A stretch of 64,000 nucleotides of DNA from NCBI GenBank assembly GCA_965277405.1, contig OZ255726.1:864001-928000 (forward strand), written 5' to 3'. Positions 1 to 9,994 of this stretch are shown piece after piece. The notes under the pieces are model-generated. The model was not told where the DNA came from. It saw only the letters and a list, made by a program, of their open reading frames with translations, and ran no database searches. The DNA is from Gammaproteobacteria bacterium. Lineage in GTDB: Bacteria; Pseudomonadota; Gammaproteobacteria; G965277405. The stretch's first letter is position 1. The number at the start of each line of letters is the position of its first letter. A program made the position numbers and the translations under genes.

Positions 1-215
1 GCTGCACTAATAGCTGACACTAACGCTTTAGTTGCAGTGATTTTACCGCTGAAATGTTTATAAATAATTACTGCAGGAATAGCGAAGCCAACCCCCATTG
101 TGGCTAGCAAGGCTTCAGCAATACTTAGTGTGACCACCGCAAGATTAGTGGTCTTAGATTGAGCAATACCAATACAGCTATTCATAATTTCCAAACGCTA
201 CCGAACAAGCCGACG
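1..215 (-). pseudogene. Decayed partial paralog of exbB (C-terminal MotA/TolQ/ExbB region), runs off the window start
   Basis: Colinear nucleotide similarity to 2328-2545 inside intact exbB (shared caaggcttcagcaatac, accaccgcaagattagtggt, gctattcataatt, accgaacaagccgac), with indels; similarity ends near 215. Confidence 0.8.
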
Positions 216-338
216 CCCTACCAGTAGTTGCGTCAATCAACGTAGTCGCTGCGTCACTGCGACTAATCATTCGCCACATGGCTGAGATATTGCCGAGCAT
301 ATTCTTGTTGGTATCTTGTTACTAGTTAGCTTCTTTAG

Positions 339-608
339 GGAAGCTCTGATTAAGTCCATGATGGGCGAGACGCAAAAAAAACGATGATGAAACTTAAGCG
401 CAGCACTTGATAATACTGGTGGTATTATCAAGTGCTGCAACGACGTTAGCGCTGCGTTTTTTCCCGTCCTTCTATTGAATATACTTTGGGTTTGCGGCAG
501 CGGCACTTGCTGTGTTGCATCCCTTGGCGTATATGCTACGGCATGCGGCTTGCATTCATCAGCAATTGGCATCAAACTCGCTCCATCAGCGACTTAATCA
601 GAGCTTCC
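339..608. mobile_element. MITE copy 1 (non-autonomous, IS5-type ends)
   Basis: TIRs GGAAGCTCTGATTAAGTC...GACTTAATCAGAGCTTCC; flanks TTAG/TTGG; internal 17-bp perfect hairpin gcagcacttgataatac-tggtg-gtattatcaagtgctgc; four more full copies in the window. Confidence 0.92.
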
Positions 609-788
609 TTGGATAGGTGTGCTGTACTAGCTAGGGGGGATAGTTGCCAACAGTTCATGGGTTTATGCAGCAAGTTAAATAAACAATTTTGCAGTTGTTG
701 ATCAAGTTGTGCTGCATCGGTATGGATACGGTGCGTGTTTTGATTCTTCATCCTTCTTGCTTCTCCTCTACTCGTTATTATGATTGTT

Positions 789-807
789 AATAGGAATTAT
801 TCTTATT
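789..807. promoter_or_regulatory. Putative Fur box
   Basis: Imperfect palindrome AATAGGAATTATTCTTATT resembling the Fur consensus, upstream of a minus-strand ATG at 751 with a purine-rich RBS, pointing toward the exbB remnant. Confidence 0.4.
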
Positions 808-928
808 CAGTATACTAGCAGATTAAAAAAAAGTGGGTTATTTTTAATACAATTCCCGCGGTGCAATCGTCAGGTTAATCCATAAAATTTTTACACACAG
901 CGCACGCACTTTCCGCTATACACCAAGT

Positions 929-2121
929 AAGACAATTGCATTAACATATATTTGCTTAGAAAACATTTGTATTCCTCATTACTCAGAAAATCATCGTATG
1001 CGGAGGATTAACAGGTCAAAATCTTAGTTTTATGATGCTTTGGGAGGAAATTCCCTGTTGTGAACTTGATTGTTTGGCAGACCACATACATTGGCAAGGC
1101 CTGCGCCAACACCTGCGTATTGTGGCTGGAGACAATAGTCAGTATGTTTACAATACTGTTATTACTAACTCTTATTACCAAAATGGTACAACTTAGCGGA
1201 TGAAGCAGTGAGCCATGCAGTTGCTCACGGTTTAGTTTGAATGCAGTTTGGTAATTTTACTCTTGCAGGCAGCTGACGCGACAATGTGTGTCCGCTTGCG
1301 GAAAAAGGCAAACACATAATCTTTTCAAAGCCCTCCTTGATAGCAGCATGCCATTGAACAGCAAGGCTTACAACTTAGCAATGGTAATATGTATCGGCGG
1401 CTTACGTTGCTACAAAGTGCTAGTCGGCCACGCCAGATGCTAGCGAGTACGCATTAGCGAATGGAATATATGCAACAGGAAAGGTTAAATATACCGATGA
1501 TGTTGCTGCGTCATCGATGAGCAAAGGTGATAAGTTGCCGTATGGTTATAGCACTACTGTTGTCACAGATGAACATGGCGTTATCTGTTGCTACGCATGC
1601 GGCGCATCCCAGCGCGATGGGTAGATTTGCAGATGATATAGCAGGTAGCTCCTAATCAAAGCCGGACAAACGCTTGTGTATGACCAGGGAGCTACCAGCA
1701 AAACCAAGCAAGCAAATCTAGGTGATAAGCAAATTGATGATGGCATTATGCGGAAAAAACCACGCGGTAAAGCAATGCCACACTGGCAACAGGCTGGTAA
1801 CAAGTTGAAATCATCAAAACGCTTTGTGGTCGAGAGAACTTTCGCCACCATGACAAGGGTGTATGGTCTCCACCGCGCGCGCTATCTTGGCATAGCCAAA
1901 CCATGCTGAGGTTGAAGGCAATGGCGTATAACTTGAAAAGGGCTAGCAATTATAGCAACAACAGCAGCAGTATTGCTCTTAAATGCTGGGAAATAGGACT
2001 AAACAAGCCCTGATAAATGGGCATATACGCGCCATTTTCAGCACTTTCTGCGTTTTTTTAGTAAAAATCTCCAATTTTTACTCATCAAAGCAAAAAATAA
2101 TGGGGGGACTGCAGTGGTCTT
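929..2121 (+). mobile_element. Degenerate IS5-family (IS1106-like) insertion sequence, full-length remnant
   Basis: Fragmented transposase motifs (KWYNLADEAV; DGIMRKKPRGK; KRFVVERTFATM; LKAMAYNLKRA); imperfect terminal IRs AAGACAATTGCA at 929 and TGCAGTGGTCTT ending 2121; ~1.2 kb. Confidence 0.75.
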
Positions 2122-2236
2122 CAAGTGACAACAAATGACCCCGAGTGATCAAAGGACAACGCTACGGGGCTGCCAAGCATGACCAATAAACCCTCATAGC
2201 GTCAAATAGCTGCGCTAATCCGCCATCCCGTATCAA

Positions 2237-3271
2237 TTACTCGGCTGCAGTAACGTTGATAGGTGGTATTTTGTTCAGCGCATGGTGAATTTCACGGTCT
2301 AAGTCACGTGAGATAAGCCTCATAACAGCTGCACTAATATCTGAGACTAAGGCTTTAGTTGTAGATATTTTACGGGTGAAATGATTGTAAATTACTACCG
2401 CTGGAATAGCGGCGACAAGCCCCATTGCTGTGGCGAGCAAGGCTTCAGCAATACCTGGTGCTACCACCGCAAGATTAGTGGTATTAGATTCAGCAATACC
2501 AATAAAGCTATTCATAATTCCCCAAACGGTACCGAACAAGCCGACAAATGGCGAGACAGAACCAATGGTGGCGAGCAGCCCTGTTCCTATGATGATTTTA
2601 CGAGCAGTTGCGACTTCAATTCTTGAGAGACTAGAAGCAACGCGTACTTTGATGCCTTCTGTGCTGACATCTGTATTAGCAAGGTCGGCAGATAGACGAA
2701 GTTCATCATTAGCGGCATCGACTAAACCTCGGGCAATACCATTGATAGCGTGGTTGTTTTCAGCATCAGTTAATGCTCTGGTTTGCAGCAGTTGAGTTAA
2801 ATTATTGCGTAAGTGACGTTGCAAACTGGTGAATTCGATAGATTTAGACAGTAATACCGTCCAAGTTAATAGTGACGCAACAGCTAAGGCAATCATCACC
2901 GTTTTGACAACCCAGTCTGCCGCGAGAAACATCCCCCAAGGAGATAGATTATGCGGGATGGTCGGGTCTAGTTCTGCTGCAAGATGCTCGTCTAATCCAG
3001 TTGTTTCGCTAGGATGTAATTCTGCTCGTTCATTATCGTTAGTCGCATCATCACTTGCATTTTCAGCGGCGCTGTCCGTGGTGTTATCACTGAGTGATGG
3101 TGTAGCTGGCGCAGTCTCTGCTGCAGTATTGACTGGAGCATCAGCATGGCTTGGTTGATCCGATTGGTTGTCAGCATGAATATCTGCGGAAAACAACACG
3201 CTTACAGCCAATATTATTAATAACAAACAATAATTAACTTTAGACAACAAAAGATATGGGTGAAGATTCAT
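2237..3271 (-). CDS. exbB: TonB-system energizer ExbB with long N-terminal periplasmic extension
   Basis: LSPWGMFLAADWVVKTVM and LATIGSVSPFVGLFGTVWGIMNSF...VVAPGIAEALLATAMGLVAAIPAV motifs; start placed at MNLHPY because the longer ORF start lies in a MITE remnant. Confidence 0.9.
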   Translation of the reverse strand: MNLHPYLLLSKVNYCLLLIILAVSVLFSADIHADNQSDQPSHADAPVNTAAETAPATPSLSDNTTDSAAENASDDATNDNERAELHPSETTGLDEHLAAELDPTIPHNLSPWGMFLAADWVVKTVMIALAVASLLTWTVLLSKSIEFTSLQRHLRNNLTQLLQTRALTDAENNHAINGIARGLVDAANDELRLSADLANTDVSTEGIKVRVASSLSRIEVATARKIIIGTGLLATIGSVSPFVGLFGTVWGIMNSFIGIAESNTTNLAVVAPGIAEALLATAMGLVAAIPAVVIYNHFTRKISTTKALVSDISAAVMRLISRDLDREIHHALNKIPPINVTAAE

Positions 3272-3339
3272 GATATTTAAGATCCTATAGTTGGGGTGAG
3301 TAGCGGTTGTGGATAAAGTTAGATACGGCAACCAGATAG

Positions 3340-3415
3340 GGAAGATCTGATTAATTCCATGCTGAGCGAGACGGAGAAACAACACTGATGATAACTTAAG
3401 TGATCTCTGAATAAT
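3340..3415. repeat. Truncated MITE end upstream of exbB
   Basis: GGAAGATCTGATTAATTCCATGCTGAGCGAGACGGAG matches one MITE end, then diverges. Confidence 0.7.
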
Positions 3416-3633
3416 TCTCTACTATTTAATTTTCTACACGCAGCAATGCTCAATAACAATAAACCCAGCGGCTGAGCATCGATGCTTGTTCACGTTTATT
3501 GTTGTTGCTGTGCTGTTGCTGAATTTCCCGTTGTTTGGACGCACTAACCCTGTGGTTGCGGTAAATATTTATGACTGCGCACTAGGTTAGTAAGCCAAGC
3601 TAGCATGTATAGTCGGTTGGTATTCTTCGCTTA

Positions 3634-3930
3634 GGAAGCTCTGCTTAAGTCGCTGATGAAGCGAGTTTGCCTGCAGTTGCTGATGATTGCAAGGAGCAAA
3701 CCGCAGGCGCATGCCATAGCATATTCGCCAAGGGATGCAACACAGCAAACGTAATCAATTGCCGCAAATCATCATATATTCAACACAACGGCGGGAAAAA
3801 AGCGGTGCTAACTTCATTGCAGTACTTGGCAATACACACAAAGTCACACCAATTTTAACTGCGCACTGCGCTTAAGTTTCATCAGCGTTGTTGCTTAGTC
3901 TCGCCCATTAAGGAATTAATCAGAGGCTCT
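3634..3930. mobile_element. MITE copy 2 (inverted relative to copy 1, more diverged)
   Basis: GGAAGCTCTGCTTAAGTCGCTGATG...GAATTAATCAGAGGCTCT; interior is the reverse complement of copy 1. Confidence 0.88.
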
Positions 3931-3932
3931 TT

Positions 3933-4718
3933 AATAGCAGCATTCCATTGAACGTCAAGGCTTCAAACTTAGCAATGCCAATATGTATCAGCGGATTACG
4001 TTGCTACAAAGTGCTCGTCGTCCACGCTAGATGCAATCGAGTATGAATTAGCGAATGGAACATATGCAACAGGAGAAGTTGCATATACCGATGCTGTTGC
4101 TGCGTCATCGTTGAGCAAAGGTGATAAGTTGCCGTATGGTTATAGTGCTACTGTGGTAACAGATGAACATGGTGATATCTGTTGCTACGCATGCGGCGCA
4201 TCCCAGCGCGATGGGCAGGTTTGCAGATGATATAGCAGGTAGCTCCTAATCAAAGTCGGACAAACGCTTCTGTATGACAAGGGATCTGCCAGCAAAGCCA
4301 AGCAAGCAAATCTAGGTGATAAGCACATTGATGATGGAATTATGCGGACAAAGCCACGCGGTAAAGCACACACTGGCAAAAGATTCGTAACAAGCTGATA
4401 TCATCAACACGCTTTGTGGTCGAGAGAACTTTCGCCACAATGAAAAGCGTGTACGGTCTCCAGCGCACGATATCTTGGCATAGCCAAAGTCGATGCTGAG
4501 GTTGAAGGCAATGGCGTATAACTTGAAAAGGGCTCGCAATTATATCAACAACAGCAGCAGTATTGCTCTTAAATGGTGGGAAATATGACCAAAAAAGACC
4601 AGATAAATGGGCATATATGCGCTATTTTCGGAGCATTCTATGTTTTTTTAGTAGAAACACCCAATTTACGATTGCCCACGCTTCAAAGCAAAAAATGAGA
4701 GGGTATTGCAGTTGTCTT
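3933..4718 (+). mobile_element. Second, 5'-truncated copy of the IS1106-like element
   Basis: Colinear with about 1340-2121; ends in TGCAGTTGTCTT; the 5' part is missing at the adjacent MITE. Confidence 0.85.
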
Positions 4719-4805
4719 CATTCATGCAGCGCTTGCAAGCCAACAAAACGCATCTGCATCAGCAACGTAATCTGAACTTGCCGATGCAGAGCTACAATTG
4801 AGTTA

Positions 4806-5303
4806 TCAGTCAAGAAACAAATCATCAAAATTTTTGTCTTGATGCTGTGCCAAATGCTTGACCATCGTGGTGCTGATAACCGCATGAATATCTATGTGAT
4901 TTTCATGGTGGATAAGGTTTTTGACAAGAAAGTCACGAACACGGTTAATCTGTTCGATTTCATCAACTTGGACATGCAACAACACATCAAAAAATCCACT
5001 GACATGATAAATCGCATACACTTCGCTTATATCAAGCAATTTGCGCTTAAATGTATCAAACTCTAATCCACCGAGCTTAAAGGTAATGAAGGCATCGATG
5101 GTACGAACAACATTGGTATTGCCAAAAATTGTATGATAGCCACGGATAACCCTTAAATCTTCTAGCTTACTTAACCGTTGATTGACAGCACTTCTTGAAA
5201 GCCCAATGCTGCGTGAAATATGCGCAATAGGGATTCTGGCGTTGTCTTTAAGGTGGGCGAGAATTCTGCGATCATAACGATCTAATACTAATTTATTACT
5301 CAT
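4806..5303 (-). CDS. Lrp/AsnC family transcriptional regulator
   Basis: LDRYDRRILAHLKDNARIP...IGLSRSAVNQRLSKLEDLRVIRGY HTH and VSGFFDVLLHV RAM domain; GGAG RBS. Confidence 0.92.
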   Translation of the reverse strand: MSNKLVLDRYDRRILAHLKDNARIPIAHISRSIGLSRSAVNQRLSKLEDLRVIRGYHTIFGNTNVVRTIDAFITFKLGGLEFDTFKRKLLDISEVYAIYHVSGFFDVLLHVQVDEIEQINRVRDFLVKNLIHHENHIDIHAVISTTMVKHLAQHQDKNFDDLFLD

Positions 5304-6019
5304 GATTTACTCCATTCTCCTCGCATATACAGCGAAGTTTGTAAAGCAACAATATCAATGATAGTCACATTCTTGTTGCTATAATTACTAGGAATACCCA
5401 GTATTTGAATAAATGAATAACTACAACACATCACATAGTGAGTTTTGTATTGTTGTTACACACTATCCGTATATTATATACAACAAAACTATTTTGTATA
5501 TACAATCGGTGTTGTGTTATATCGTCGCCAAGGGTGCCATACCTGCCTGCTGGTCTGGTATACTTGTTGCGATTTAGAGCAACCACTACGTATAGGTACC
5601 GCTATTTTATGAGTGTTTTCAACTCCTTGTAGTTAATAGCAACCCGTTTGCAGCCCGCAATGGCAGGAAATTTGACCGACTGTTATGTAGTTTTGCTTGC
5701 AAATTGAGACATTTAGTATTCATCATACGCTCTTTAGCGCTTCATCAGTGCCGCATTTGATTTGCGTCTTAGCTCTGAACGTTGTGCCCCTGTATTCCCT
5801 GTTTTTTTTATACGGGACATTAATACTGTATAGAGGAGATGGATACAGTCGCGGTTTCTGTCGTAACATCACACAAAACACCACATTTGTAGCTGCAGCT
5901 CTTCATCATGTTTTTGCTCTTGACCAAGATTGAAAAGCTGTTTTTATTCATTTTTTATTGTCTTTCATGCGTTTTTGCTAAATTTCCTATGTTTTGGACG
6001 CACTAATAGGGGGGATGGG

Positions 6020-6055
6020 AATAAATGAGACTGTAAGTTGTCAATAAATGAGACT
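6020..6055. repeat. Direct repeat AATAAATGAGACT x2 (23-bp period)
   Basis: Exact 13-mers at 6020-6032 and 6043-6055, at the edge of the prophage remnant. Confidence 0.8.
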
Positions 6056-6233
6056 CTACAGTTGAGCAAATTTGTTGATTTTATGCGGGTTGTAGCGTAA
6101 ATCCCTTATGACATATAGGATGTAGCGTGTTGCGTGAATTATTGCCGTTTGCTTCCGTTTTGTGCACTCTTCGGCAATAATTGTAGCGTTTATCTAGGTT
6201 TTACGGGGATTGTTGTTTTTCAAAAACGTGAAA

Positions 6234-6301
6234 TTTAACGTAAAAAAGCGTGTTTAAAAAACGATATTTTAACGTTAAAAAACGTGTTTAAAAAGTGATA
6301 T
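6234..6301. repeat. 34-bp imperfect tandem repeat x2 containing palindrome TTTTAACGTTAAAA
   Basis: tttaacgtaaaaaagcgtgtttaaaaaacgatat / tttaacgttaaaaaacgtgtttaaaaagtgatat. Confidence 0.75.
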
Positions 6302-6352
6302 TTTTACGTGCTATTGCAGCACGATATGGAGGGGTAATTGCAGGGTTATGTT

Positions 6353-6652
6353 TTAGTAAACAAGATTTTCAGCATCAAGGTCATTGAAGGTATCTGGTGG
6401 AACCATTATGCCATCTACGAACCAGTGAAAACTTAACAGAAGAGCCAAGTCTTTTCTGCCTATGTTTTTTTTGCCAAGGTATATACAACCACCTGGTGGT
6501 ATACAAATACCACCTTTCTTTTTTAAGTCATCAAGAAGGACTTGAAGTAACTTTGCGTGCTCACCTGAGAATAATTGCGTTTTAAAATCAAAGGTAAACT
6601 CAACGTTTGGATAGCCTTCGTCGATAGACTTTAGTGTGTATGATTTTTTCAT
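6353..6652 (-). CDS. Hypothetical 99-aa protein, candidate immunity protein for the MuF C-terminal domain
   Basis: ATGA overlap with the upstream MuF stop; small and AT-rich; no recognisable motif. Confidence 0.6.
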   Translation of the reverse strand: MKKSYTLKSIDEGYPNVEFTFDFKTQLFSGEHAKLLQVLLDDLKKKGGICIPPGGCIYLGKKNIGRKDLALLLSFHWFVDGIMVPPDTFNDLDAENLVY

Positions 6653-8386
6653 GGTTTGTATGTAAATAGTAGTCCTAGTGCGGTGTCGAATAGTGGTTGA
6701 TCAATGCGGATAAAATCAAAAAACAATTTTGTGTCATAGCGAGCTACAAATTTTTCTCTTAATGTGCTGCCAGCGCCTATTCTACCAAGAAGTTTATCAA
6801 AAGACATTGTCATAACCTCTTGTGCTCCGCCGTATGGATATACTCGTCCAACATATGGATCATAATAATTGTCTCTGCGAGTTACTTCGTGCAATTTGTA
6901 TTCTAGGTTACCCGTTACACCACGCAATCGCTCTAATGAGTCGCCTTTGGTTCGTTGCCTATGAACGTTTTGAAATACAGCATCAAGTTCTGGAACGCCG
7001 CGTTGTAAATGATGTCCGTATTCATGCACGCCAGAATGATGATTGCGTAATTTTATTCTTTTAAGTCCAGGATTATAACTAGCTCTACGAGAGCTATACA
7101 CCGCACTCAACTCCCCCAGCTTATTCGCCTTATCCGTCCAGTCATCTGGATAGCGTTGCGAGGCTTCTCGCACCAACTTTGCCCCTTTGCCGTTGCCCTT
7201 CATCAGTGCCACGTTGTTAACGCTACGCACTGCCGCTAAGCGCGTCAACAACTGCTCTTGAAACTCCCCTATATATACCTGTCCTGCTGTGGCGAAGTCT
7301 TGCGAATTTTGCACATCGGCAAGCCCATCAAGGAACGTTTTACCGTTGCGCATTTTGCTGTTGAAAATGCCCTCGCGCACCTTTGTACCTTCACGCTCGT
7401 AGAGCTTTGGGTCACTGCTGTTTGTAAAGCTCGCAACAGGGTTTGTAGCCGCTGTTGTCGTCTGTTCTGGCTGCCAATGCCCACCACCTGTTGGCTGATA
7501 CGCAACCGTGATGGTGCGGCAATTAAAATGATACGGTGGTGAACCTGCGCTGTGATCGACAGGAGTTGTGGTACTAAACATTTTCCAAGCTGATTTTGCA
7601 GCATCGGCATCTTTGTTATTAGTAGCAGCTAAATATCTATGGCGTTGTTGTGTTAATTGGGTGACTGGGATAATGGTACCGTGCAATTCACGGCACACCG
7701 CAGACGTTTTATCGTCTAGATACGCCTGTACTTTTACATATTGAATCCCAGCGCGTTGATAGCCTGTCACTCGACCCATCTCACGGGTTTTTGTCGCAGT
7801 ATGATCTGCCAGCATATGCCAATACGCACTGCTTTTATCAACGACATCAGCTAAGCCGTGCGCTAGAGCCTTGGCCAATTGCGGTTGAGTCATGCCGTCG
7901 GTAAATAAAGCATCTAACTTGCTGTTAATAATTTTGCTGATATGACTGTCCCAATGCTGCCCAACCCAAAACAGATTGCTAGTATGGATTTGCTCTAGCG
8001 CATCAAAATCGACAGTTTGAAAACCAATATCAACCGCTACTTCTTTGGCGCCTATTTTTATACAACGCACCACCCAGATTGATAATTGGTTTGCGCAATG
8101 CCGCAACCATTGCATCGCCACCTAAATCATTGGCCAATACCTTATAGATAACATCAATATCCTCCTTGGCGATTGTCGTCCCCAAATCACGACTTACATC
8201 AAGAGCTCTGGCAATCCCACTCTTGGCAGTATCACTCCACGCCCGCGTATACATATCTTTTAAGTCAGTCGTTAATCGCTCAAAAGCAGCATCGTATTTT
8301 AACAAGAAAATGGTGACACTACGACGTACTATCGCCCTACGGATGGTTTTTTCTATATACAGATTAACACTTTCACTTGGCATCAA
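6649..8386 (-). pseudogene. Phage minor head protein (MuF / SPP1 gp7 family) with C-terminal HExxH metallopeptidase-like domain; split by a single frameshift near 8055-8060
   Basis: AYLDDKTSAVCRELHG and PPYHFNCRT MuF motifs; C-terminal GVHEYGHHLQ and QEVMTMSF; ORFs 8030-8386 and 6649-8121 join as ...LYK-IGAKE if one base is removed from an A5 run. Confidence 0.8.
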
Positions 8387-8576
8387 ATAATCCTTGCTGC
8401 GTTGGCCGCGTGGATTGAGATTTACACGTATAACGTTTTACATCACCATGGGTTTCTTCCGCTGTTTTCCAGCGATGATCACAGCTTAAGCATTTGCGCC
8501 ACCGCTCCACAAATGCTTCATTTGGTCGAGTTCCATAAATGCGGATTGCGGAAGAACCGCATTTATGGCAGATCAT
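8373..8576 (-). CDS. Small zinc-ribbon protein (Ogr/Delta- or NrdR-N-like), phage-associated
   Basis: MICHKCGSSAIRIYGTR...ERWRKCLSCDHRWKTAE with two CxxC pairs; ATG at 8576 abuts the IS5 target site. Confidence 0.65.
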   Translation of the reverse strand: MICHKCGSSAIRIYGTRPNEAFVERWRKCLSCDHRWKTAEETHGDVKRYTCKSQSTRPTQQGLFDAK

Positions 8577-8579
8577 TAG

Positions 8580-9994
8580 GGAAGCTCTGATTAAGACGCT
8601 CATATACTCCAATAACTCGCATATACTCCAATACTCCAATACTCCAATACTCCAATACTCCAATACTCCAATACTCCAATACTCCAATACTCCAATACTC
8701 CAATACTCCAATACTCCAATACTCCAATACTCCAATACTCCAATACTCCAATACTCCAATACTCCAATACTCCAATACTCCAATACTCCAATACTCCAAT
8801 ACTCCAATAAAATAATAGCAATAATTTTCAATGGTCAATATTTGACCATTTCGCTGATCTTCTGTTGCTGTTTTACTGTTTTTTATTGTTTCTTATTGTT
8901 TCTTATTGTTTTTCTTGAATTTTGGGCGGTTCTATCCTGTTAGTCGTCCTCGCAGCATGTATAAGTTCGTCAATGCAAGCAAAGAAAATACTTGTACTCG
9001 ATTCTTTTCTAGTCCTTTGTAGCGAGCTTTCTTATAACCAAACTGACATTTGATTACCCGAAAACAGTGCTCAATCCGGGCGCGCATTAGAGTTCTGTGT
9101 ATTGCGTTTGCGCTGCGAGCCGCTCATTTGCTGCTTTGGTTTACGTTTATCATTCACGCGCCAATCTATCCCAAGGTGACGCGAGCCGCGTTTATAACTG
9201 TCGCTCGTATATCCTGCATCGGCAAAGATAACCTTATCTGTTTCACGCAGCAATTTGGGGAGTTCATTGATGTCAGCTTCATTCGCGGCTGTGGTGGTGG
9301 GCATTGCCGCGCTATGCATCATATTGCTATTAGCGTCGAGTTGCTATATGCATTTTCATGCCAAAATACCACTGCTTGCCTTTGCGGGTTTGATGCATTT
9401 CAGGATCCCGTTTTTTCTCTTTATTTCTGCGTAGATGATGGCGCATTGATGGTCGTGGCATCAACCATTGTCCCTGGTGAGATTATTATATTATTTTCCA
9501 TACAATACTCATTCACGACAGCAAGTATCTTGACGCTGAGTTGATGTTTTTCTATGATCCTGCGGAAGTTCAAGATGGTGGTTTCATCAGGGATGGCATC
9601 GTCTATCAGCTCTATATGGGCAAAACGCCGCATGCTTTCCATGTCATATAGTGCTTCTGCTACGCCTGGGTCTGATAAGTTGTGCCATTGCTGTAAAAAA
9701 TAAATGCGTAACATGGTCTGCATATTAATTGGTGGTCCGGGCCATTCCCTTTCTTGGGATAATGCGGTTGTATTAAGCCTAACAACCGTTATTAACGCTA
9801 ACATGGAGCTAATTTGTCCATCAACTGCAAGAATTTCTCACGTTTCGTTGTTACTTTCTTGTGGTCGTATGCAGCACTGGCAAAAGTTGTTTGTTGCATA
9901 AGATTATCCGCTTATTCAAATATTCAAATAGATTATCTCTTTGTATATCTTGCTAGCTGATATTGCTGTTGTTTGGGATTTAATCTGAGCTTCC
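8580..9994 (-). mobile_element. IS5-family (IS5 subgroup) insertion sequence with pseudogenised transposase
   Basis: TIRs GGAAGCTCTGATTAA (8580-8594) and TTAATCTGAGCTTCC (9980-9994); flanks TTAG/TTAT; transposase fragments [73 protein letters not shown] (about 9899 to 8932). Confidence 0.92.
8623..8806. repeat. Perfect tandem array (ATACTCCA)x23
   Basis: 184 bp of an uninterrupted 8-mer, plus one further copy at 8604-8611; inside the IS5 element downstream of the transposase. Confidence 0.97.

Noticed and set aside
267-701. Short ORFs over MITE copies (also 3667-3858, 37339-37741, 45684-45881)
   Set aside because: Frames, starts and lengths are not conserved between copies, which carry indels.
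3308-3316. DnaA box (TGTGGATAA) suggesting an origin
   Set aside because: Single box without a cluster or origin-linked genes.
5304-6000. Possible riboswitch, sRNA or small ORFs upstream of the Lrp regulator
   Set aside because: No recognisable RNA motif and the ORFs lack RBS or protein-like features; an Rfam scan would be needed.
8623-8806. Possible CRISPR array, or repeat proteins (IGVLEYWS / LQYSNTPI ORFs)
   Set aside because: Pure 8-bp tandem with no spacers or cas genes; the ORFs exist only because the unit lacks stop codons.
8830-8850. Palindrome AATGGTCAATATTTGACCATT resembling RutR half-sites
   Set aside because: Half-sites are in the wrong order for a RutR box, and it lies inside the IS5 far from the pyrimidine genes.
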